In this document: one piece after another, positions 53,837 through 64,000 of the stretch
Layout of the letters: every line of letters begins with the position of its first letter
Numbering within the stretch: the stretch's first letter is position 1
Source of the DNA: Balanoglossus misakiensis
Lineage: Eukaryota > Animalia > Hemichordata
Assembly (NCBI GenBank): GCA_040954595.2
Contig: CM082577.2
Location: 12,185,654-12,249,653, forward strand
Length of the DNA: 64,000 nt
Direction of reading: 5' to 3'
Position numbers and translations under genes: made by a program
The notes under the pieces: model-generated
What the model saw: the letters and a program-made list of their open reading frames with translations, nothing else
What the model was told of the DNA's origin: nothing
Database searches by the model: none

Positions 53837-54958
53837 TACTCCCCCAAGAGAATTTAATCTGCCCATGAGTGTGTGCGACTGTAGCACTGGGAGGGATGTG
53901 GTCAAGGCGTGGGGTGCTGCCATGTACACCCTCTGATTGATGAATGTAACATAACCTCCCGGGCCAGTTTTTTTATTTGGACTCAACTACTTTGCAGTTC
54001 ATGATCCATGACTTGCATGAAACAAAGACTCTAAGGCTTTTATGTCGATCCTCTCCCGCCTTGATGAATACCGACTCGATTCGCCGTCTTCGTCCACGGT
54101 GAAACATAAACACAGCAGAGGTGCCAATGTTCAAATTCAAAGTATAAGGCCTCAGTTTATAGCCATAATTTCTTAAGGTTCACATTTTGTTTCCAACTAA
54201 ACTAGCCTGGGAACATTTTTTTTTTGCTTGCAATGAACGTGCATACTGTATGAAAGTAACATAATAGATTTGATCATTTTGAAAACGCCTTATTCGATAT
54301 GTTTTTGTTTGCCCAGTATTCTGTGAACTGTAGCCAACTATGGATGGGTCGTTTACATGTATTATCCTGGAGGCCAGGAAGATTGGGACTGCTCTGAATT
54401 TGTTTTACCCAGCATCTCTGCTGAAACCTCTTGTCTTCAAAACCCTGATAATATTAGCCTCAATTTTTACAGCTGGTGTAATAATACACATTTCACCGGC
54501 CACCTTTGGTCAAAGTTCATGGTAACAAATGTTAATTTTGAAATGGTGTTTTGTTTTAATTTCACATCATCAAACCTAAAAGTTGTCTCAGACATGCGCA
54601 CTGGTGAATTGTTGTCCCTCCAGAAATGTTTGCTCTTCCAGTATTGCAAAAAGCTTGGATTAAGTTTTAGAGGGCTAGAATTTAAACAGTATACTACTTG
54701 TCATGTGTGACAGTACCCAAACAAATTCTGGAAAATTGAGGTATTCTATATAAACTCCATGCTCATACGTGGGACCTACTGAACTTAAATCAAATGTAAA
54801 ATAATAACAATAGCAGCAACACAAGGTTTTCTTTTGCTTGTTCACTTTGTACAATTGTCCAGGGTGCCCCGGGCCCGCTCTCCCTTTAATGTGTTCCATC
54901 TATTTGTGGTAGTGACAAGATGAGAATATTGTCTCATGAAGTAAATTAATTAGTAAAT

Positions 54959-54969
54959 GGCGATGATGG

Positions 54970-55011
<42 letters not shown>

Positions 55012-55022
55012 GGCGATGATGG

Positions 55023-55067
<45 letters not shown>
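54959..55067. repeat. Compound (GAT)n microsatellite, duplicated as a GGCGATGATGGT(GAT)n unit
   Basis: Direct reading. Confidence 0.9.
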
Positions 55068-55069
<2 letters not shown>

Positions 55070-55438
55070 ACTCATCCCCCTCAAAAAACGGAGCCTGGAC
55101 TCTTGGCCGATACCGTTCTACAGGGACTGCAATTACCACGTACTGTGTGAAACACACCTTCTTCACATTTTCTCCGTAATCTTGCAAGATCGTTGATAGG
55201 AGCTGGTCAATTAAGACACACACCAAGTTATTTCTTAAATACACCATTAATGTGACATGTGACATAGAGTGACAGAGCCAATTTCTAAGTAGCATGGTGT
55301 TTATTTGTATAAGCGTCTCCTCTGACAAGAATATCAAGTAGAAGGTGCATGGCTCGAGGCTCAGTTTAGAGGGAAGGGGTCATTTTGGGGTTGGTGGATC
55401 AATTTCAAGGTCGGAGTCCTCTTAAACTCATTCAGTTT

Positions 55439-55500
55439 CACTTCCTGCTTTCTGCAAAATAGTACTTTATAAATAGGTTAATTGCTGTCACTTCCTTATT
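55439..55500 (+). promoter_or_regulatory. Candidate TATA-box promoter of the CCP/Ig mosaic gene
   Basis: TATAAATA at 55468-55475, about 140 nt upstream of ATG 55611, flanked by two CACTTCCT (ETS-type) motifs. Confidence 0.4.
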
Positions 55501-55610
55501 TCCAAAAACATGAAACCTGAAATCCGTAAATATTGTGATGCACATCCTTGTTGGTCCCTTGATAAGAGCGACCTGTTTGCTGGATTGCACTCACTGATCA
55601 GTACGTTCTC

Positions 55611-57062
55611 ATGAGAGGTAGGATGGCGATCTCTGTTGCTGTCATATTCCTGCTGACCATTTTGACAGCGGTCTGCTCACATACATGTACGCACAGTCCA
55701 GCACAAGTTGGTAAGTTGTATAGATTTTGTCTTATGGACAATTGTGAAAGAATTCAATTTGGCAGATTGTCCCAGAGTGAGAGTGGTGCGGCTTAGACTT
55801 CGGTGGATTAGCCCTGGAGAAACACAATTCGATCTGTCACAAAGAAATGGGACGAAAACTGAAATATCCCCCTTCTTTAAGTTTGGGGGGACTTTATACC
55901 CAGAGATACTGCTTGTTATCAGATCTCATACCCTACCGTATTTCAGTATTGTGTTTGATTTTGAGTTTGTGTCGACCAAGTTGTGAAGTTACTATATGCA
56001 GTGGCTGGCCACTATCAGAACAACTGCATCATTCTGCTTGTATAAATGAGGACATCAGAATAACTCCAAAAGTCCTAACCTTTTGTTGATGATGTGAACA
56101 TTGGGTAAACTTGAAACTGCACTATCTTTTAGATCTCATTAACATAATTTTTCCAGTACATTCTGCACCTAAATTGTGTCGTTTCAATTTTACTACAAAT
56201 TACTCCTGTTGTTGGAAATGGTACATGTATGCCATTTCATACCCACTTATAGTTATATGCAACTTTAGGAATAAATTGACACCTAGCTGTGCTAATTGTT
56301 TAATTATCAAATCTCATCATGCTCATAGTTGACTGACTATCAGAATTCCACAGCCATTGTCCATCACTCAGACATACTGTTTACAAAGTCATTTGCCTCA
56401 TTTGAAAATTCCAGGTCTATGTGATGTTCCGGCTATACCTTCGAATGGACGTGTGACCTTGACATTATCTCACAACAATCCACACGTTGCGAATTTTATC
56501 TGTGAGGATGGCTTTGAACTTCACTTCGGGCCTTCGGAGAGAATCTGTCAGAATGGACAGTGGGAAGGTGGAGTTCTACCAATATGTGTTGAAGGTTTGT
56601 GAAAGTATTAGTATAATTATTCCATTTGCATGTGGAGAATTACCCAGCAAGACCACTGTCGTGCAACCTGTATACAACGAGTCTCAAATACTCAAATACT
56701 CACTTCACATACAATTTCGATGAAACTGTGGGGACTGTGTCATCTGTGATGACTTATTGTTTGTGCTTTTTAAAACTCTTCCTAAACCATGGAAACCTCA
56801 TTGATGTCATACATGAATCGATGTCTGCATATTGTGTCAGCCGATGTGTTTTCAATCCATTTCTCACAAACTTCAAATATGCTGTTTTCACAATAATGGT
56901 GTCAAGAGTATAGACCCGTCAGCGAGTAGAATTAGAATAATATAGTGTGATGTGTACGTCTCAGCTGATTTTCTTCAAACATGACAAAAAAAGTACCGGT
57001 AAGTACATGTAGCAATTGCATGTGACATACCAAAGGGAGCTTAGGAATTGTTGTTGTTGTTA

Positions 57063-57100
<38 letters not shown>

Positions 57101-60100
57101 AAGATTGGTAATAAATTTAAAAAAAATCAATGTGTCATTTCTTGCTATGTTTGTCGATGTTGTAGATAACTGTAAAAGAACTGAGTTTTGTTCGTGGAAA
57201 ACACGACCTAGGTCGCCGAACGACACTCCCGTATCTACAACATCGACAAACATAGCAAGAAATGACACATTGATTTTTGTTTTTAAATTTATTACCAATC
57301 TTAACATCAACAACAACAACATCAACAACAACAATAACAACAACAATAATTCCTAAGCTCCCTGTGAACATACCTGTACATTGAGCATGTTTAAATTACC
57401 GTATTGTACTCTGTATAGAACAATGCCTTCTGTTTTGATTGTACAGAACACAATCCAAGTGATGAGAAAGTGTGTGTGAAACCACCAGATCTTGAACATG
57501 GAATAATTAAGATCAATGGGGTGATATATATCGGAGACCCAGATGATGAGTTTCCTGAGGGAACGATTCTACAATTTGACTGTTCCGCGAACTTTAGGCT
57601 AAATGGAAGTTCTGACCTAAGTACTTGCCAAGATGGCTCATGGACACCCTCATTTCCTACCTGTGGTATGTATCATTGATAACCCATCCACATGCTAACG
57701 GTATTAGCCCAGAGACCAGGGCGTCGATCACCAGGGCGTCGGGGAAAAGAAATCTAGATCGACGCCCTGGTCTCCGGGCTATAACGGTATCGTCTTAGTT
57801 GTTTGGCTGACTAATTTGGGGTAGAAATTACCTTGACACATAAAATCTTACTTTGACATCACTGTGCATTCATGGAATATGTTTGTGTGGCAAATACATG
57901 TACATAATATATATTCAATGTCAGTACTCTTTTCTGTCTGTCTGTCTTGAAAGTCAGTACATTTGGCTTGCGTCACAAAAATTGTAGCATCTGTAATACT
58001 GATGAATACTGTAAAACACTTTATTTTCGCGAGCAATAAATTTTCGCGAAATACGCGAGAGCCAAAATAGCGTGAAAATAAAAAGTAGCGTAATTTTTTT
58101 TTGAAGATAACGATGCAGTGAATGAAATAAGAGAACGCGAAAATTAATACTCGCGAAACAGTGGCCTCTCTCGATATCGCGAAAATTTCAACTCGCGAAA
58201 ATAAAGTGTTTCACATTATATTACTGTATATATTTAGCAGCAAATTATACCGTTTTTGCACAATAAATGCCAACTGCACTGGTTGGTTGAATTCAGATGT
58301 ACATGCACCCATTGACCACTTATGTCTAACATTTATATTGTTTCACTGTATCTGGGTTTTTTTTTCCAGTTGATGAACGTAGTTGTGAATGTCCCGAGAC
58401 CAACAATGATGTCATAATTTATTATGACAATAAGCAACTAGACAGCTGTTCATCGCGAATATTCCCGCCAGGGATAGTGATAACACAACGCTGCTCAGAT
58501 ATTGGCAAGTATATTCTGAGTGAAACACGTGGCGTTTCTTCCCTAACTAGAACATGCCAGAACACTCAATGGACATCTGATGTAGCTACATGCCGTAAGT
58601 ATACTTCTCACAATTATTATTGATATTGACAGAAAGTCAGTACATGTAGTTATAAAAATTGTAGTTAAATGTACATTCAGTAAAATTGAAAATAATTTGT
58701 TATTTCTTTTAATTGTGAATTCTTGGATTCTCCTTTGTATGTATAAAGAAAATCCATAATAAAATATAGGGGTCACTGAGCTTGTTTTTGAAATACAGAG
58801 CCGTGAATTTAGTCGTCGATAATAGAAGAAAACTGCTGACTCAGCATTTTTCACCAATGGTTTGTCTATGGGCGAAAAATTTATATATTTTTGAAATTTA
58901 TCTCAAAATAGAGCGCAGTGACCCCTATTTATTATTTGACCGGTGAATTTATTTTTACTTGACTGAGCTATGTATAACATTTCGTGAAAATGACAATAGT
59001 AGAAGTTTGTCTTCTAGCAATTATCAATGTAAACCTATGGGAAAAAGACGAGTGCGCGCAGGTTTATGTTCTGCGCGTACATCCTTAATGAATGATCTGT
59101 GTATTATCGCACATGTAATATTAAATGTCCCTCTATGGTAGTTGCAATATCTTAACAATGTTAATGGTAAATTAGCTTGTTTATTTACTTTTTCATTTTC
59201 ATTCAGAACGTTCAGTTGGAGAAATCACGTGGGAAGGTGATTCTCCAAGAGAAGTCACAGAAGATGGTAGATTAGTGGTTTATCCCTTAGCAGATACACT
59301 TTTCAATCTGGACTGTAGATCACCTCGTGTTCCACATAATTCTCTGACTTGGTATAGAGCAAACCGGCACAAGTCTTCGTACAGCATAAGAAATGGATAC
59401 CGACGGCTCAGATTCCGACCTCCAAACGTTAGAAACTCTGGTACATACACCTGTTCGTATGGAAGTACAGTACAACATTATGTTACTTTGGAAATACAAG
59501 GTATTACACATAATTGTCCTTAGTCAAATCTCACATGTTTCCTAGCAAGAAAGTTTGATAAGAATATTGCAAGTGATATGTTTATACAATATTTTGTGCT
59601 AAGTTGCGTTATGGTCTTGTACTCGATAGTGGTTGCTACATGAGTTGAAGCAGCTGGTCTGGATATGAATACATGTCAATTACTAATACTAGTACAACAT
59701 GCAATATCACATATGAACTGATGCATAGCAAATATCAGTGGTGCTTCATAGCTTACCATATTGACTAGTTTCTTACATTAAAATCTATTAATGTTCAGAT
59801 ATCACTAGTCCATGACATGGACCCAAAGAGCCATTAACCATCATTAAAGGTGCATGGTCACCTCCAATTTACATATGTCCTTAAATGGCAAAAGTGGCGT
59901 ACGTATCGCGTTCTAAAGAACATATGGTGGCGCTCTTTTTTTCGCGTGTGCCACCCACTGAAAATCTGTGATTGGCCAGATCTCAATTTGCCATGGTAAC
60001 TGTAGCTAAATTTACATAGGTGACCTTATACCTTTAAGTCAGTTTTATTTCAAGTCAAGTTACAAGGACTGAGGTATTTGTTGACTTGTTTCTTCTGCAG

Positions 60101-63100
60101 AGGTGCACTGTCCAGATGTTCCAAATTTAGCAGACGGCACCATAGTGCCAGACCGTCATCCATTGAGTACAGGACCATTCATCCTTGGAGATAAACTTTC
60201 ATTTTCGTGTGGCTATGGCTATCAACTTCATGGAGTTTCAACTGTCACATGTACATACAGAGGAGAATGGTCTGACAGAATACCAACTTGTCAGCGTAAG
60301 TATTTTGTTGTAAAGTCCCCTTGAACAGAGGTGGTCAACTCGGATTGCACTAGCTTCTTAGGCCTTGATAAGGGTACAATATGTGACACTCTGAGGGGTG
60401 GAACTTCTCCATGCAAAAATAGACTAATCCTTTCTACAATATGTTAACAATTTGTTGGATACTGTAAAACACTTTATTTTTGCGAGTTGAAATTTTCGCG
60501 ATATCGAGAGAGGCCACTGTTTCGCGAGTATTAATTTTCGCGTTCTCTTATTTCATTCACTGCATTGTTATCTTCAAAAAAATATACGCGACTTTTTATT
60601 TTCACGCTATTTTGGCTCTCGCGTATTTCGCCAACATTTTTGCTTGCAAAAAAGTGTTTACCAGTATGTTAAGTGGATTGCAGGCAAGTGTTTGTTATAA
60701 TCTCTTTTTGTGTATGTTGACAGCAAGAACCTGCCCTGACATTGATGCGCCTGAAAATGGTTTTAAAACTCATAGCAGTAGGACAGTTGGAAGTAAGATT
60801 GAATTTTCTTGTAACCAAGGCTACAGACTGGAAGGAGTGAATGAAATAGAATGCGGACGCTATTTCCATTGGTCAGCTGATGTTCCAACATGTAGGAGTA
60901 GGAGTAGGTATTCTATTTTGTAATATTCCTGACCACTGGGTGTGTGGGATTCGCCTGAAAATGTGTGACTAAGAGAATTTCACACCCCCAAGGGCCTGAG
61001 ATCATATGTCTCACATTAGTTGGGGATATTTGTCCCACACGAATCGTCTGGCATTTTGTACTTTCTGTCTGTGTAATACATATCACGTCATTGGATAACA
61101 TGTGGCGCCCATTTATTAAAGAATGTTTTGTCATCCAATCAGTGCTCGCATCATATTTACAGCTTTCCATTCTGCGAGTGTTGGAAAATTTGTTCTCACA
61201 CTCTGACCCAACACGCACACAGGAGTGTTGGCAGAGAATACAATGTGCCAGATGACAGTCTTGTAGTCCATCTCAAACACAAATGACCTCGGATATGATT
61301 TTTTAAATGTTAAGTCTCACATGAGCCACTACACTACAATACACTACTCTGCACTATTCTCTATACTGTAGCATTGGTCATTTAAAAAATTCCTTACTAT
61401 GATTTATAGATGAAAATGAATGCGGCAACGTCCTGTGTGAAGAGTGGGAAATATGCACAGATAGATCTGGTGTAAAAGAATGTGCCTGTCGACCAGCAAG
61501 TCATTGTGTAGAAGGTGATGATGAACATGTCTGTGGCACTGATGGCAGGACATACAGATCACTTTGTCGTTTGAATGCAATACGGTGTTCAGGGAGAGAT
61601 GTTCAGAAGGCCTCAGATGGGGTCTGTCCTGATGGTAAGCCATTTACCGTGTGGTTCAATTCAATACTATTGGTCTAAATGTTTTCAAGTTGATACAAGT
61701 AAATAACATTAAGTATACCAGTAGGGAGAGGGGGGGGGGGTAGTGATTGTGGGTGTGGCTAAATTAGCATAATTTCCCCCTACCAACATTTCATGATAGA
61801 TAAAATTGCTTCAAATATGTTAATAATTCATTTTCAGATGCAAATTAGAACTTGCAACAAATTTGCTGCAATATAGTCCTCACAGCAAATTTATAGCATA
61901 CTATATGCTGCACATATGCAGATGGTGCAAATTTATTTACTTGTGAACTTGCCTACAAGTTTGCTGCAAAGTCCTTCCAGAAAACCTGCAGCAAAGACTC
62001 ATCAATCATTTGTATTAAGAGATTTTCTTATCCTGTCTGCAGGTAGAGGACAGCCAGGGGGTGATGAAGCAGAGGAGAGCTCTGAAGAAACTGAAGGTAC
62101 AGGTGCAGCGCATATATTCCCAATATACAATAAATAATCTATTTCATCCTTCCCTCTGGTGATGTATCCAACATCATTCAGAAGTTCCTTGCGACTTTAT
62201 GACATCATCCGGTAGATTTCATCTGAGCCTGTTGTCTAAAAGATTAAACGTATGCATAACCAGCACTTGTGTACATGTGTTTTTAACGCCTGCTGGCTTG
62301 GGTGGAATATGGTTGTTAACTAGAGGAATTGCTTTGATTTTCCAGAGAGCTCAGAAACCTTTGTTGATGGGGAAGAATGTTATCGATCATGTCATCCAGA
62401 TACAATTGAGATTGCCTGTGAGCGTGCAAGACAGGGTCATAATTTTGGTAAGTTTCTAATTTTGGTTTTATTTTAATCATGTGTTTGATGGAGCTTAAAT
62501 CATTCATGCCATATAAATAAACCGCTTACTCGCCAGTGTTAGCATTTGGTTTAAAGGATAGTTTGTATATTACTAGGTCTGTATATACACCTATATGTGA
62601 AACATGATTATTGGAAATGTACGTCACTCGTCCATGTTTGTCCCCCGGCATCCATTTAATTGAAGTATTTCTCACTTTTTAGGATGAGTAGCCATACATG
62701 TGTGGAGGTTACATGCTCGTCAAATCAACTACTAATTAACATGGCTTATATTCAAAGCATTTTTCCAAACATCACTCCCAAATAATTCTTGTGCAGCACA
62801 AAAATCAATGTCAACAGTAATTGTATTCTAAGCAGATGTGCAAAATGTTTCCTCGAAATTCATGCAATCATATTATTTTTGTGTTATTTCTAATGTTTGG
62901 AAATGGTAAAAAAAATTATATTAATACTCTTATTTCACATGCTCCTTTCCCGCAGTTCTCTTTGGTTATCTCTCTCATGTGTTAGAAACGGAGGCAAACA
63001 TAGATTACACCTTTGAAGTCCGGAGAAGCATTCCAATAGATGACAGACCCATTCAATTGATAGAAGTTGTGCGAGGACCAGCGAGCAGACAGAATGGATG

Positions 63101-63266
63101 TCAGTGTCCACAGATAGAGAACCGGGGGTCGGTCTATGTCATCTTTGGCACAATTGCAACAGATGGTACAAACTTGCTGCAGGTGGAAGGACATAACTAT
63201 GCAGCAGTGTTGAACAGCGAAGAAATTACACGCCTAACAACCGGGTGCCCAGCTCTGTTCGAATAG
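55611..63266 (+). CDS. Secreted mosaic protein: signal peptide-CCP x3-Ig-CCP x2-follistatin(FOLN+Kazal)-acidic linker-NTR/C345C; Hikaru-genki-like; about 694 aa
   Basis: Exons: 55611-55710 (SP), 56415-56594 (CCP1), 57447-57665 (CCP2), 58370-58594 (CCP3, RCSDIGKY), 59207-59500 (Ig: GRLVVYP..NLDC..LTWY..NSGTYTC), 60101-60295 (CCP4), 60724-60903 (or 60897; CCP5), 61410-61634 (C..VLC..WEIC..CAC..C..HVCGTDGRTYRSLCRLNAIRC), 62043-62096 (acidic), 62346-62447 and 62956-63266 (CYRSC..AC..NFVL..CQCPQI..YVIFG..C). All introns are GT-AG and phase 1; the frame is open throughout; no TM segment. Confidence 0.88.
57034..57363. mobile_element. Fold-back MITE with about 135-bp arms containing (GTT)n/(AAC)n, Harbinger-like AGGGAGCTT termini
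   Basis: AGGGAGCTTAGGAATT(GTT)n...GATGTTGTAGATA / TATCTACAACATC...(AAC)nAATTCCTAAGCTCCCT; TSD not evident. Confidence 0.75.
57705..57781. mobile_element. 77-bp TAG...CTA MITE with perfect 9-bp TSD (AcademH-like)
   Basis: TAACGGTAT at 57696-57704 and 57782-57790; TIR TAGCCCAGAGACCAGGGCGTCGATC / GATCGACGCCCTGGTCTCCGGGCTA. Confidence 0.8.
58009..58216. mobile_element. TACTGTAAAA MITE, copy D (intron 3 of mosaic gene)
   Basis: TA-CTGTAAAACACTTTATTTTCGCGAG...CTCGCGAAAATAAAGTG; CpG-rich; near-identical inverted partner at 60462-60664. Confidence 0.85.
59848..60033. mobile_element. Kolobok-type MITE, family 2, copy 2 (inverted)
   Basis: TTAA-AGGTGCATGGTCACCT...AGGTGACCTTATACCT-TTAA. Confidence 0.78.
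60462..60664. mobile_element. TACTGTAAAA MITE, copy E (intron 6 of mosaic gene), inverted relative to copy D
   Basis: Reverse complement of copy D over about 200 bp; TA flanks. Confidence 0.85.
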
Positions 63267-64000
63267 AATTAGGTGCTCGCAAATTTCCTGCTATTGCTCA
63301 GTCACAATATTACACAGAGATGATATACTATTCTGCCACCTGTACTATAAACAGTTTGGCGAATATCAAAAGTTTTTTTAAAAACTGATTTGTACAATTC
63401 AACGTTAAAATTTGCATGTCCGTCAGCCAGTGCAACAACACTCTTTAATCTGAAATGGATCATTCAGCCTCATGTATGGACGATTGCTTCGCAAGTTACT
63501 CACAATTGAAGAAACATAAAAATTCAACCAATTTTCCCCAAATACAATGTACCTGTTTACAATATACATATACATGTACTTAAAGAATAACTTGTATTTC
63601 AAAAAGTTACCTGTATATAACCTACAACACACAGCTCACTGTAATAAAGCAACATTTATTCCTATTAATACAATCTGTATTTTTAAGATCACAAATGTCA
63701 TAGCATGACTCTGATTTCTGACAGTAAAGATATGGTTCGTTTGTGAAAGACTGTACACCACTGATACAGATCTGCAAAGCAGGAGAATCTTGAAACATCG
63801 AAGAATTGGTTAGAAGAGTGCCAACTATAAGCATTACGTCATTTCTGGAAAGTTGTGATGATGCTAATAAGAAACCCTTTGCTATTGACTCCTTTGACAT
63901 TTGTTAGAGTGTGTTTAATTAAAGTACAAGAAAGTGTTTTTAGTATTTATAGATGTTAATTGGTACACATGTATTCTTTACTATCAATCACGTGATCTGG

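Noticed and set aside
57041-57356. Mirror-image poly-Leu/poly-Asn ORFs on both strands
   Set aside because: Product of the fold-back MITE arms.

Overview
Eukaryotic, intron-rich, AT-rich genomic DNA from an invertebrate animal. A marine bilaterian is likely and a hemichordate or other deuterostome is plausible; this is inferred from gene style and repeat types, not demonstrated. I reconstructed five protein-coding genes by hand from GT-AG splice sites. (1) The first coding exon of SLC25A19 (mitochondrial thiamine-pyrophosphate carrier, minus strand, runs off the left edge). (2) A complete 17-exon eIF3b gene (682 aa), head-to-head with SLC25A19. (3) A two-exon heparan sulfate 3-O-sulfotransferase of the HS3ST2/3/4/6 (Hs3st-B) type with a 23-kb intron. 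(4) A small secreted single-domain SUEL/rhamnose-binding-type lectin on the minus strand, with a 21-nt micro-exon. (5) An 11-exon secreted mosaic protein: SP-CCPx3-Ig-CCPx2-follistatin/Kazal-acidic linker-NTR, with Hikaru-genki-like motifs, an architecture I do not recognise. Non-coding DNA carries many non-autonomous DNA transposons (pogo/Tc1, piggyBac, Kolobok, Harbinger, MULE-like, AcademH-like, fold-back palindromes). Several are inverted pairs flanking exon blocks. No prokaryotic system, CRISPR array, rRNA, tRNA or transposase ORF was seen. Most entries in the supplied ORF track are spurious.
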